Shown here piece after piece: positions 17,671-26,262 of a DNA stretch of 64,000 nt. Origin of the DNA: Dehalococcoidia bacterium (lineage in GTDB: Bacteria > Chloroflexota > Dehalococcoidia > Lucifugimonadales > UBA1123); NCBI GenBank assembly GCA_965208795.1, contig CBDBPQ010000001.1, positions 21,895-85,894 on the forward strand. Direction: 5' to 3'. A program made the translations under genes and the position numbers. Below the pieces are notes generated by a model that was not told the DNA's origin, ran no database searches, and saw nothing but the letters and a program-made list of their open reading frames with translations. Within the stretch, counting starts at the first letter, position 1; each line of letters begins with the position of its first letter.

Positions 17671-17722
17671 AAGTCCCTTCCCCCTTGACGGGGGAAGGTT
17701 AGGATGGGGGTGAAAACCCCGC
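17671..17722 (+). repeat. R1 palindromic repeat copy (short variant)
   Basis: Core is identical to 8838-8879 and 54059-54100, plus the shared tail aaaaccccgc. A partial extra copy, cccttgacggggatggagttag, lies at 17748-17769. Confidence 0.85.
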
Positions 17723-17774
17723 CACCTACCAGTTACACACCCCTCAGCCCTTGACGGGGATGGAGTTAGAACCC

Positions 17775-19265
17775 ATGCCAACCCAACCCAACGTAGTCTT
17801 CATCTTCAGCGACCAGCAACGCTACGACACCCTCCGCTGCTATGGCAACGACTGGATAAACGTCCCCCGCCTCAACGCGCTTGCGGATGAATCATTCGTA
17901 TTCGAGCGGGCGTATGTCGCTCAGCCCGTCTGCACGCCTGCGCGTTCGACCATCGTAACAGGCCTCTATCCGCACGCCGCCGGCCCCATCGTGAACAAGA
18001 TGGTACTGCCGCCGGACCGCAAGAGCGTTGCCGAGATGTCGCCCGACTCCTACCACACCGCGTGGTTCGGCAAGTGGCACCTGGGCGACGACGTGATTCG
18101 CCAACATGGATTCGACGAATGGGTGAGTACCGAAGACGGGCACCGTCCCGAATACACGCGCCGCGAGTACCGCACCCAGATGAGCGACTATCACCAATAC
18201 CTGGTCGCCAACGGCTACGAGCCGGATGCTCGAATGGAAGACGGAACGATGATGTTCAGCGCCATGCTGCGCGCGCGGCTTCCGGCGGAGCATCAAATGG
18301 CTTCGTTCCTAGCCGGCCGCGCCGCCGACTTCATAGACCGCAACTCCGGCGGCCCCTTCATGCTCTACGTCAGCACCTTCGAGCCGCACCCGCCATACCA
18401 CGGCCCCTATGACGATATGTACGACGCCGAAGACCTGCCCGTAGGCCCAACGTTCCTGAAAGTTCCGGAAGACAGCTCCCGCCACAACACCGTCCGCGCC
18501 GAGTACTGCACCCAGTATCTCGGACAGCCGGACGCGGAGACCGACCCGTACTTGCAGACCAACGCCGCGCGCGGCCACGATGTAACCTCCGAGGCCGGAT
18601 GGCGCGAGCTTCGCGCCCGGTACTTCGCCAACATTACGCTTGTTGACGAGATGGTAGGAACGATACTCGACGCTCTTGAACGGAACGGCGTCTCCGATAA
18701 CACGATGGTCGTCTTCACCAGCGAGCACGGCGAGATGGCGGGCGACCACGGGATGCTCGAAAAGCGCTCCATGTACGAAGAGTCGGCCCGCGTGCCGTTG
18801 TTGATGCGCGCCCCGTGGCTTTCGTCCGAGCATACGATGCTCGAAGGCGCCGTCGGACACGTTGACCTCGTGCCAACCATCCTGGACGCCATCGGCGCTA
18901 ATCTGCCGTCTCACTTGCAAGGCAAATCATTGCTGCCCGTCATGCGCGGCGACGCCACGCTCGACGGCAACGACGTCTTCGTCCAGTGGAACGGCGTCAG
19001 CGACATAGACGACAGACACCTCGGCAGCGCGGAGATCAACCTGCGCAACACCCAGCCCTGGCGCACCATAGTTCGCGACGGCTGGAAGCTCGCCCTCTGC
19101 GCCACAGATAGATGCGAGCTTTACGACATGGCAAACGACCCCTACGAGCAGACTAACCTCATAGACGACCCGGCGCAGCGCAACCGCGTCCGCGACTTGG
19201 CCGCCCGCATCCGCCTCTGGCAGCACAAAAACGGCGACCACGCCCCTCTGCCGACGATCGGGTAG
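17775..19265 (+). CDS. Cys-type sulfatase (arylsulfatase family)
   Basis: VVFIFSDQQRYDT, CTPARSTIVTGLYPH (CxPxR formylglycine motif), FTSEHGEM. ATG 17775 (MPTQPNVVF) mirrors the paralog start MPDNPNIVF. Confidence 0.85.
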   Translation: MPTQPNVVFIFSDQQRYDTLRCYGNDWINVPRLNALADESFVFERAYVAQPVCTPARSTIVTGLYPHAAGPIVNKMVLPPDRKSVAEMSPDSYHTAWFGKWHLGDDVIRQHGFDEWVSTEDGHRPEYTRREYRTQMSDYHQYLVANGYEPDARMEDGTMMFSAMLRARLPAEHQMASFLAGRAADFIDRNSGGPFMLYVSTFEPHPPYHGPYDDMYDAEDLPVGPTFLKVPEDSSRHNTVRAEYCTQYLGQPDAETDPYLQTNAARGHDVTSEAGWRELRARYFANITLVDEMVGTILDALERNGVSDNTMVVFTSEHGEMAGDHGMLEKRSMYEESARVPLLMRAPWLSSEHTMLEGAVGHVDLVPTILDAIGANLPSHLQGKSLLPVMRGDATLDGNDVFVQWNGVSDIDDRHLGSAEINLRNTQPWRTIVRDGWKLALCATDRCELYDMANDPYEQTNLIDDPAQRNRVRDLAARIRLWQHKNGDHAPLPTIG

Positions 19266-19376
19266 GGGCAGGTCTCCCGAAAGGGGACAGCGTAGAGGGA
19301 ACTCTTGAGGTCGCCCGCCGGGACGTGTACGTTCCCCGCGAACGTCAACATACATTTCAACAAGGAGCAACGGAAA

Positions 19377-20867
19377 ATGCCCGACAACCCCAACATCGTC
19401 TTCGTATTCAGCGACCAGCAGCGATACGATACCCTCGGCTGCTACGGCGCCGACTGGATGAACATTCCCAACCTCAATGCGCTGGCCGACGAGAGCTTCG
19501 TTTTCGAAAACGCCTACGTCGCCCAGCCTGTCTGCACGCCCGCGCGCGCGACCATCATGTCCGGCCTCTACCCGCACGCCGCCGGCCCCATCGTCAACCA
19601 GATTCACCTCGACGAGAGCGTGCCGGTCATCTCGCAGATGATGTCCGACGACTACTACAAGGGCTACATGGGCAAGTGGCATCTGGGCAACGATCTGACG
19701 CCCCAGCGCGGCTTCGACGAGTGGGTATCCACCGAAGACGGCCATCGCTATGCCAAGCCCGAACAGCGCTACATGGTCTCCAGCTACAACCAGTACCTGC
19801 AAGAGCAGGGTTACAAGCCCGACCGTCTCAAAAACGGCATCGGCGTCTTCAGCTCCGATGCCCACTACGACGTGCCCGAGGAGCATCAGATGGCGTCGTT
19901 CCTCGGCGACAGCGCGGCAGACTTCATCGAACGCAACAGCGACAACCCCTTCGTCCTCTACGTCAGCACCTTCGAGCCGCACTCCCCATACCACGGCCCG
20001 TTCATGGACATGTACGATCCGGCGACGCTGCCCGTAGGCCCCGCTTTCCTCGAATACCCGGAGTCGGCATCGCTCGTCAACCGCGTCCGCTCCAACTACT
20101 TCCTCCAGTTCATGCGCGATGGCGTGGATCAGACGCAAGACGACTACATGATGCGCTACGCCGCCGCCCGCGAGGACGTCTCCACTGAGGAGGGCTGGCG
20201 AACCTTGCGCGCTCACTACATGGCGAACATCACCCTCGTCGATCGCATGGTAGGCAAGATAACGTCGGCCCTCGAGCGCGCCGGAGTCGCCGACAACACC
20301 GTCGTCGTCTTCACCAGCGAACACGGCGACATGATGGGCGATCACGGGATGCTCGAAAAGCGCTCGTTCTACGAAGAGGCGTCCCGCGTGCCGCTGCTGA
20401 TGCGCGTCCCCTGGCTGTCGCGCGAATCCACCCCCGTCTCCGGCTCAGTGGGACACATAGACCTCGTGCCGACCTTGCTCGACCTGTCCGGCCACGACGT
20501 TCCCTCCAACCTGCAGGGCAACAGCCTGCGGCCCGTGATGGAAGGCTCCTCCGACCTGAGCGACAACGACGTCTTCATCCAATGGAACGGCACAAGCCAG
20601 GAGATAGTTGACCGCTTCCTCGGCTCAGCCGAAATCAACCGGATGCTCGCGCTGCCGTGGCGCTCCGTTGTTACCCCGGACCGGTGGAAGCTGAACCTCT
20701 GCGCCGGCGACCGCTGCGAGCTGTACGACCTCAACTCCGACCCGTACGAGCGCAACAACCTCTTCGACGACCCCGCGCAGCGCGACCGAATCCGCGACAT
20801 GGCCGCCCGAATCCGCATCTGGCAGGGCGAAACCGGCGATACCGTCCCCCTGCCCGCAACAATCTAA
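19377..20867 (+). CDS. Cys-type sulfatase, tandem paralog
   Basis: AAGGAG lies 9 nt upstream of ATG 19377. Same motifs (CTPARATIMSGLYPH, FTSEHGDM). Collinear with the 17775 gene at the DNA level. Confidence 0.85.
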   Translation: MPDNPNIVFVFSDQQRYDTLGCYGADWMNIPNLNALADESFVFENAYVAQPVCTPARATIMSGLYPHAAGPIVNQIHLDESVPVISQMMSDDYYKGYMGKWHLGNDLTPQRGFDEWVSTEDGHRYAKPEQRYMVSSYNQYLQEQGYKPDRLKNGIGVFSSDAHYDVPEEHQMASFLGDSAADFIERNSDNPFVLYVSTFEPHSPYHGPFMDMYDPATLPVGPAFLEYPESASLVNRVRSNYFLQFMRDGVDQTQDDYMMRYAAAREDVSTEEGWRTLRAHYMANITLVDRMVGKITSALERAGVADNTVVVFTSEHGDMMGDHGMLEKRSFYEEASRVPLLMRVPWLSRESTPVSGSVGHIDLVPTLLDLSGHDVPSNLQGNSLRPVMEGSSDLSDNDVFIQWNGTSQEIVDRFLGSAEINRMLALPWRSVVTPDRWKLNLCAGDRCELYDLNSDPYERNNLFDDPAQRDRIRDMAARIRIWQGETGDTVPLPATI

Positions 20868-21000
20868 GAGTTACGAGATGGGAGATAAGAGTTAGGGGGC
20901 GCGGTTTCAGGTAGGGGATGGTCGAGCGCCTCATCCATTCGCCTACCCCTATATCCCATCTCTTATCTCCGATCTCTTCACCTCCTCCCACACCCTCAAA

Positions 21001-21030
21001 TTGACAGCCATTCCAGCCAATCCCTATACT
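21001..21030 (+). promoter_or_regulatory. near-consensus sigma70-like promoter of rpmH cluster
   Basis: TTGACA (21001-06), 18 nt, TATACT (21025-30), 27 nt upstream of the rpmH ATG. Confidence 0.5.
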
Positions 21031-21056
21031 TTTCCGTATTCAAGAGGTTGTCTCAA

Positions 21057-21194
21057 ATGCCGAAACGAACCTATCAACCCAAGAACAGACGCCGCGCCCG
21101 AGTGCACGGCTTCAGGTCCAGAATGAGAACGAAATCTGGCCGCAACGTCCTGAAGCGCAGGATGTTCAAGGGCCGGCACAAGTTGACGGTGTAG
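21057..21194 (+). CDS. rpmH: 50S ribosomal protein L34
   Basis: Hand translation gives [45 protein letters not shown] (45 aa). It is too short for the ORF track. Position before rnpA is canonical. Confidence 0.9.
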   Translation: MPKRTYQPKNRRRARVHGFRSRMRTKSGRNVLKRRMFKGRHKLTV

Positions 21195-21197
21195 AAC

Positions 21198-21551
21198 GTG
21201 TCGCTCGCTCGCGCCAGCCGCATGCGGAAGTCCGCCGACTACCGCGCGGCGCGGCGCGACGGACGCTCTTGGGCGGATTCGATTCTGGTACTAAACGCCC
21301 GCGCCAACGGCTCCGATACGTCCCGCTTTGGATTCACGGTCAGCAAGCGCGTCGGCAACGCTGTTGCGCGCAACCAACTCCGGCGCCGCCTGAAGGCGGC
21401 AACGGCCGATACGGATGTCGCGGCGGGCTGGGACCTGGTGTTCATAGCCAGACAGCGGGCGGCTGATGCGGACTACTGGACGCTCAGGCGGTCATTGAGG
21501 CGACTGGTCAAGCGCGCCGGGCTGACGCCCCGGGGTAGGGAAGGCGGCTGA
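21198..21551 (+). CDS. rnpA: ribonuclease P protein component
   Basis: [15 protein letters not shown]..., [26 protein letters not shown] start 3 nt after the rpmH stop. Confidence 0.85.
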   Translation: MSLARASRMRKSADYRAARRDGRSWADSILVLNARANGSDTSRFGFTVSKRVGNAVARNQLRRRLKAATADTDVAAGWDLVFIARQRAADADYWTLRRSLRRLVKRAGLTPRGREGG

Positions 21552-21760
21552 TGCGGAACGCGGCTCTAGCAGCGATTCGACTATACCAGCGAGCGGTTTC
21601 GCCTTACTTGCCGCCCGCTTGCAGATACTCGCCATCCTGCTCAGGCTACGCCTACGAGGCGATTGCAAGGTACGGACTGCTCAAAGGCTGTTGGCTTGCC
21701 GCAAGACGGCTGGGACGCTGCCAGCCGTTCGGCTCCAGCGGCTACGACCCGGTGCCGTGA
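21551..21760 (+). CDS. yidD: membrane protein insertion efficiency factor YidD
   Basis: [30 protein letters not shown]...GRCQPF..GYDPVP. Confidence 0.9.
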   Translation: MRNAALAAIRLYQRAVSPYLPPACRYSPSCSGYAYEAIARYGLLKGCWLAARRLGRCQPFGSSGYDPVP

Positions 21761-22941
21761 TACTAGGAACGGATTTGAATAACGAACGAATTTCCACAAC
21801 GAGAGCGGGCGCGCTCTGGGCTGCGCTCGCTCTGAGCCTTTGCCTCGCGCTGCTCACCGCCTGCTCGGTTGTCAGAACGCCGGAGGGCTGGTCCGCGGGC
21901 GCCGTATCCGGCGACAACCTGTTCATAGGCACCCAACAGGGCGAGATACTTGCGGTCGACAAGCAGACTGGCGACCTCGTATGGCGGCGCGAGTTGCCAA
22001 CCCGCGAAGACTCCGACCGCGCCATCTACGGACGGGTCGCCGTCACGGACGATGCCGTTTTCATCGGCGGCTACGATGGCATCCTGTACGCGTACGACTC
22101 CGAAGGCGACCCGATGTGGCAAGAGCCGCTGTCCGGTCGCATAGTCGGCGGCCCCACGGTGCGCGACGGCTACGTATTCGTCGGCTCCGGCAACGTATCG
22201 TCCGGAGCCGGAGTCGGAGGAGCCCTCTACGCCATAGAAATCGCCACCGACGACCCTGTCTGGACGTACCCCACCGACGGCGCCGTCTGGTCCCCTCCCA
22301 CAGTGAGCGACGGCGTGGTTTACGCCGGATCGCTCGATCACAGCGTTTACGCCGTGGACGCCGAAACGGGGGACAGCGTATGGAGTTTCCGGTCCGGCGG
22401 CGCCGTTACCTCCGGCATCGCCGTCGCCGGCGACCTGGTCATATTCGGCGGGTTCGATAGTACCCTCTACGCGCTCGACGCCAAGACCGGCAGCCTGGTC
22501 TGGCGATTCGACGGCGCAAGTGGATGGTACTGGTCCACCCCCCTGGTCGCCAACGGCGTGGCATACGCTCCTTCGCTCGACGGCCTCCTGTACGCCATAG
22601 ACGCCGATACCGGCGATCTGGTTTGGGTGTTCGACTCCGAGGGCGGCCAGATAGTCGGCAGCCCCGTATTCGTCAACGACCTGGTAGCGGTGCCCGTCGC
22701 CGACGGCGGAAACTCTCGCATCGCGCTGCTCGAACCCAACGGCAGCTTCCTCGCCGCCTGCAGAATAGACGACGACGTTCGCACCTCGCTCGAATCCGAT
22801 GGCGACCTGCTATACTTTAGCTCCAAGGACAGTTCCATAAGGGCGCTGCGAATCAAGGGAAACGGCAACCCGGACGAAGAGTGGATATTCCTCACCAACG
22901 AAGATGACCCGCGCCCCAGCGACAGGGCGAAGGCGTGCTAG
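21757..22941 (+). CDS. PQQ-like-repeat beta-propeller lipoprotein (BamB-like architecture)
   Basis: Lipobox LLTAC. Repeated blades: [86 protein letters not shown]. Start is GTG 21757 (overlaps the yidD stop) or TTG 21775. The track start 21619 lies inside yidD. Confidence 0.7.
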   Translation: MILGTDLNNERISTTRAGALWAALALSLCLALLTACSVVRTPEGWSAGAVSGDNLFIGTQQGEILAVDKQTGDLVWRRELPTREDSDRAIYGRVAVTDDAVFIGGYDGILYAYDSEGDPMWQEPLSGRIVGGPTVRDGYVFVGSGNVSSGAGVGGALYAIEIATDDPVWTYPTDGAVWSPPTVSDGVVYAGSLDHSVYAVDAETGDSVWSFRSGGAVTSGIAVAGDLVIFGGFDSTLYALDAKTGSLVWRFDGASGWYWSTPLVANGVAYAPSLDGLLYAIDADTGDLVWVFDSEGGQIVGSPVFVNDLVAVPVADGGNSRIALLEPNGSFLAACRIDDDVRTSLESDGDLLYFSSKDSSIRALRIKGNGNPDEEWIFLTNEDDPRPSDRAKAC

Positions 22942-22971
22942 ACTAGCTCTCATAGCAGATAGGAACACGAC

Positions 22972-23910
22972 TTGGAAATCCTATCCGTCGTAATAGATAC
23001 TTGGAACCTGCTAATCATCCAGCCCATGATCAACGGGCTGGTGATGCTGTACGCCTACCTGTTCCTCAACTTCGGCATAGCCATCATCGCCTTCACCCTT
23101 CTCGTCAGGCTCGCGCTGGTGCCTCTCACGGTCAAGCAGAGCCGCCAGATAAAGGCTATGGGCGCGCTCCAGCCGAAGATGAAGGAGATACAGGATCGCT
23201 ACAAGGGCGACCGGCAGCGCGCCTCGCAGGAGACGATGAAACTGTACCGCGAGCAGGGAGTGAACCCGCTCGGCTGCCTCGGCCCCATGTTCATCCAGTT
23301 CCCCATCTGGATAGGCTTGTACCAGGCCATCCTCCAGACCGTGCCGTCCAACCCGGAAAGCCTGGTCGGCCTCTCGCGCCACTTGTACGAATGGCTGCCC
23401 CAGGTGCACGGCGTCATACCCATAGACAGCGACTTTTTGTGGATGGACTTGGCGCTGCCGGACCCGACCCCGTTCGTCATGCCTGTCCTGGTCGGCGTGT
23501 CTATGTGGGTCATGCAGAAGATGACCACCATGCCGACGGCGGACGAACGGCAGGCATCCACCAACCGCATGATGCTGTGGATGATGCCCGCCATGTTCGG
23601 CTTCTTTACCCTAAACTTCCCAAGCGGCCTCGCGCTGTACTGGGTAGTGTCCAACGTCGTAGGCGTCGCCATCCAAGGCTTCGTTACCGGGTGGGACCCA
23701 CTCATAAATTTGTTCAAATTCAGGCGCGGCGAGTCCGAAGGCGATACCGCCTCGGTCGAGGCGTCGTCCGCCCCCGCGCTACTTCCAGCCGTCGAGGAGA
23801 CCACCGATGCGGGAGATCGAGATATCGGCCAGAACAGTCGAAGAAGCAACAGAAATCGCTCTAAAGGAACTGGACGCAGATCGCGCCGACGTAGAAATAG
23901 ACGTCGTTAG
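22972..23910 (+). CDS. yidC: membrane protein insertase YidC (short, monoderm type) with basic C-terminal tail
   Basis: LVRLALVPLTVKQSRQIKAM..., MKLYREQGVNPLGCL, PSGLALYWVVSNVV. The tail is RRSNRNRSKGTGRRSRRRRNRRR. Confidence 0.85.
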   Translation: MEILSVVIDTWNLLIIQPMINGLVMLYAYLFLNFGIAIIAFTLLVRLALVPLTVKQSRQIKAMGALQPKMKEIQDRYKGDRQRASQETMKLYREQGVNPLGCLGPMFIQFPIWIGLYQAILQTVPSNPESLVGLSRHLYEWLPQVHGVIPIDSDFLWMDLALPDPTPFVMPVLVGVSMWVMQKMTTMPTADERQASTNRMMLWMMPAMFGFFTLNFPSGLALYWVVSNVVGVAIQGFVTGWDPLINLFKFRRGESEGDTASVEASSAPALLPAVEETTDAGDRDIGQNSRRSNRNRSKGTGRRSRRRRNRRR

Positions 23911-24442
23911 TCGAGGCAAGGCCGGCATACTCGGCATAGGCGCGGAACCCGCCGTCGTCCGAGCCACAAGAGTGGAATCCCTGCCCGATAGCGTAGCCAT
24001 CGCCTCGGAGGTGATCGAGTCCCTCATCTACCTCATGGATGTCGACGCCATGGTTGCCATGAAGCAGGCGCACAACGAAGATCTCGGAGGCCCCATCTTC
24101 GAGATAGAAGGGGACGACGCCGGCCTGCTCATCGGGCGCAAGGGCGACACCCTCAAGACATTCCAGTTCCTGGTAAGGTACATCGTCAGCCAGCGCATAG
24201 ACGACCGCGCCTACTTGATGATAGACGTCGAAGGCTACCAGCAGCGCCGCCAGCAGTCGCTCGAAAACATGGCGCGCCGCGTGGCCAGTCGCGTGGCCGA
24301 CACCGGCAGATCCATCACCCTCGAACCTATGCCGCCCGCCGAGCGCCGAATCGTGCACCTCGCCCTATCCGGCCATCCGGAAGTAACCACCGAAAGCACC
24401 GGCTACGGCGACTCTCGACAGGTCGTCGTACTGATGAGATAG
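23807..24442 (+). CDS. jag: Jag/KhpB RNA-binding protein (Jag_N + KH + R3H)
   Basis: MREIEISARTVEEATEIALKELD...GKAGILGIG (Jag_N), GRKGDTLKTFQFL (KH-like), MPPAERRIVHLAL (R3H). GAGGAG lies 7 nt upstream of the ATG. Confidence 0.8.
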   Translation: MREIEISARTVEEATEIALKELDADRADVEIDVVSRGKAGILGIGAEPAVVRATRVESLPDSVAIASEVIESLIYLMDVDAMVAMKQAHNEDLGGPIFEIEGDDAGLLIGRKGDTLKTFQFLVRYIVSQRIDDRAYLMIDVEGYQQRRQQSLENMARRVASRVADTGRSITLEPMPPAERRIVHLALSGHPEVTTESTGYGDSRQVVVLMR

Positions 24443-24453
24443 GCGATCCGGCC

Positions 24454-25203
24454 ATGGCAGCAGCCCTTCGAGTAACCGGCGCCGTCGCCACTATAACCAT
24501 GTCGCGATCGGTCGTCGGCTTCGATCTTGCCTACACTCTCGCCGACCTCGCCGCTCAGGCGCGCCAACGCGACGACGTGTGGGTCGTAGTAATCGCCGCC
24601 GAAGGGCCGGACTTCTGCGCCGGTACCGCCGAAGACGCGCTCGCCGGTATAACCGATGATGACTCGCGCCTCTCCGACCTGAGCGTTGCCCAGATGATCG
24701 CCGACATCGAAAAGCCCGTCGTCTGCGCCGCGCAGGGCGCCGTCCACGAGCAGGGGCTAGAGATCGCCCTCGCTTGCGACATCCGAATAGCCGACTCCAC
24801 CGCCACCTTCGCCATGCGCCAAGCGCTCTCCGGCTCCATGCCGTGGGACGGCGGCACCCAGCGCCTGCCCCGCGTCATCGGACGCTCGCGCGCCGTCGAG
24901 ATGCTGCTGACCGGACGCGAGCTCGACGCCGAAACCGCCTTGTCTATCGGCTTGGTGAACGAAGTCGTCCCCCCGAGCGCCGTCGGGCGACGCGCCGCCG
25001 AGACAGCCGCCGCCATCGCCGCCCACGGTCCCATCGCTCTCCGATACCTCAAAGAAGCCGCGCTGACCGGCTTAGACGGAACACTCTCACAAGGCTTGCG
25101 TCTCGAAGCCGACCTCAGCTTCCTCCTCCAGTCCACTTCCGACAGGAGCGAAGGCATATCGTCTTTCCTCCAGCGCCGCTCCCCAAACTACCAAAACCGC
25201 TGA
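24454..25203 (+). CDS. enoyl-CoA hydratase/isomerase (crotonase) family protein
   Basis: Crotonase fold pattern: FCAG...., PVVCAAQGAVHEQGLEIALACDIRIA, GGTQRLPRVIG. Confidence 0.8.
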   Translation: MAAALRVTGAVATITMSRSVVGFDLAYTLADLAAQARQRDDVWVVVIAAEGPDFCAGTAEDALAGITDDDSRLSDLSVAQMIADIEKPVVCAAQGAVHEQGLEIALACDIRIADSTATFAMRQALSGSMPWDGGTQRLPRVIGRSRAVEMLLTGRELDAETALSIGLVNEVVPPSAVGRRAAETAAAIAAHGPIALRYLKEAALTGLDGTLSQGLRLEADLSFLLQSTSDRSEGISSFLQRRSPNYQNR

Positions 25204-25260
25204 TAGTCGCGCCCGTGTCAGATTGCTAGGCGCAAGTCCATTCCCCACCTCTCTACCGTC

Positions 25261-25302
25261 ATTCCCGCGAAAGCATGTCCCCGCGCAGGCGGAGGCGGGA
25301 AT
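25261..25302 (+). repeat. R3 hairpin repeat with nested 20-nt insertion
   Basis: attcccgcgaaagc[atgtccccgcgcaggcggag]gcgggaat. The uninterrupted form attcccgcgaaagcgggaat occurs at 55039-55058. Confidence 0.7.
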
Positions 25303-25334
25303 CCACAGGGGGCTGGGAAGGGAGTAACCAGAAC

Positions 25335-26042
25335 ATGACCGTCCTGTACGACAAGACAGGATCCGTAGCTACACTCACACTCAACCGCCCAGAGGTGATC
25401 AACGCCTTCGACGTGCAGATGCGCGACGACCTGTACGCCGCCCTCGAAGCTGTCCGCGACGACCTCGACGTCAACTCCATCATCATCGCCGGCGCCGGCG
25501 AGCGCGGCTTCTGCGCCGGCGCCGACCTGACCGAATTCGGAACTGCTCCGTCGCAGACGGTCGCTCGCCAGGTGCGCTGGGAGCGCGACCTGTGGGGGCT
25601 GTTCCTGTCCATCCCGAAGCCCCTCGTCGCCGCGTTGCACGGGTACGTCATTGGCTCCGGCGTCGAAATCGCCTGCCTTTGCGACGTCCGCATAGCCGCG
25701 GACAACGCCATATTCAGAATGCCCGAAACCGCGCTCGGCATGGTTCCGGCCGCCGGTGGCAGCCAGACATTGCCTCGCGTCATCGGCCTCGCGCCCTCTA
25801 TGAAGATGCTGCTGGCCAACGAGGTTCTCGACGCGAACGCCGCGCTCGATCTGGGCCTCGTTCACACCGTCGTCTCCCCCGAACGCCTCGCCGAATCCGC
25901 GACCTCGCAGGCGGAACGCCTCGCCCAAATCCCAACCCCCGTTAGCGCAGCTATCAAGCGCGCCGTATCCGAAGGCTTGGACGCGCCTATAGCGCGCGGC
26001 CTGGCCCTCGAAGCTCGCCTGGCCAGCCGTCTGAAACTATAA
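25335..26042 (+). CDS. enoyl-CoA hydratase/isomerase (crotonase) family protein
   Basis: Start at ATG 25335 (MTVLYDKTGSVATLTLNRPEVINAF). FCAGADL, LVAALHGYVIGSGVEIACLCDVRIA, GGSQTLPRVIG. The track start 25275 lies in the R3 repeat. Confidence 0.8.
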   Translation: MTVLYDKTGSVATLTLNRPEVINAFDVQMRDDLYAALEAVRDDLDVNSIIIAGAGERGFCAGADLTEFGTAPSQTVARQVRWERDLWGLFLSIPKPLVAALHGYVIGSGVEIACLCDVRIAADNAIFRMPETALGMVPAAGGSQTLPRVIGLAPSMKMLLANEVLDANAALDLGLVHTVVSPERLAESATSQAERLAQIPTPVSAAIKRAVSEGLDAPIARGLALEARLASRLKL

Positions 26043-26262
26043 CCCCAACCTCTCTCTGCGCCCCTCCGCGCCACTGCGCCTGTGCGTTAGACTCGATCCC
26101 CGCCCTCCAAACTCCGGTCAAGCGCTCGGCTTGCGCCTGGTTTGTAGAAATAATTTACCGAAAATGCTAACCTGTACAGCGGTTCTGTAACATACCGGAA
26201 ACATTAAGAATGCCCGGCGGCCGGCGCCGCGAATCGGGCCCGACAAGGGGATTGGGACAAGC

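Noticed and set aside
18927-20345. 472-aa ORF antisense to both sulfatase genes
   Set aside because: It has no recognisable motifs, is rich in Val, Ala, Gly, Asp and His, and mirrors well-supported sense genes. It is a typical long antisense open frame in GC-rich DNA.
21619-21756. Track start of the propeller ORF inside yidD
   Set aside because: It would overlap almost all of yidD. The signal peptide and lipobox begin only after 21757.
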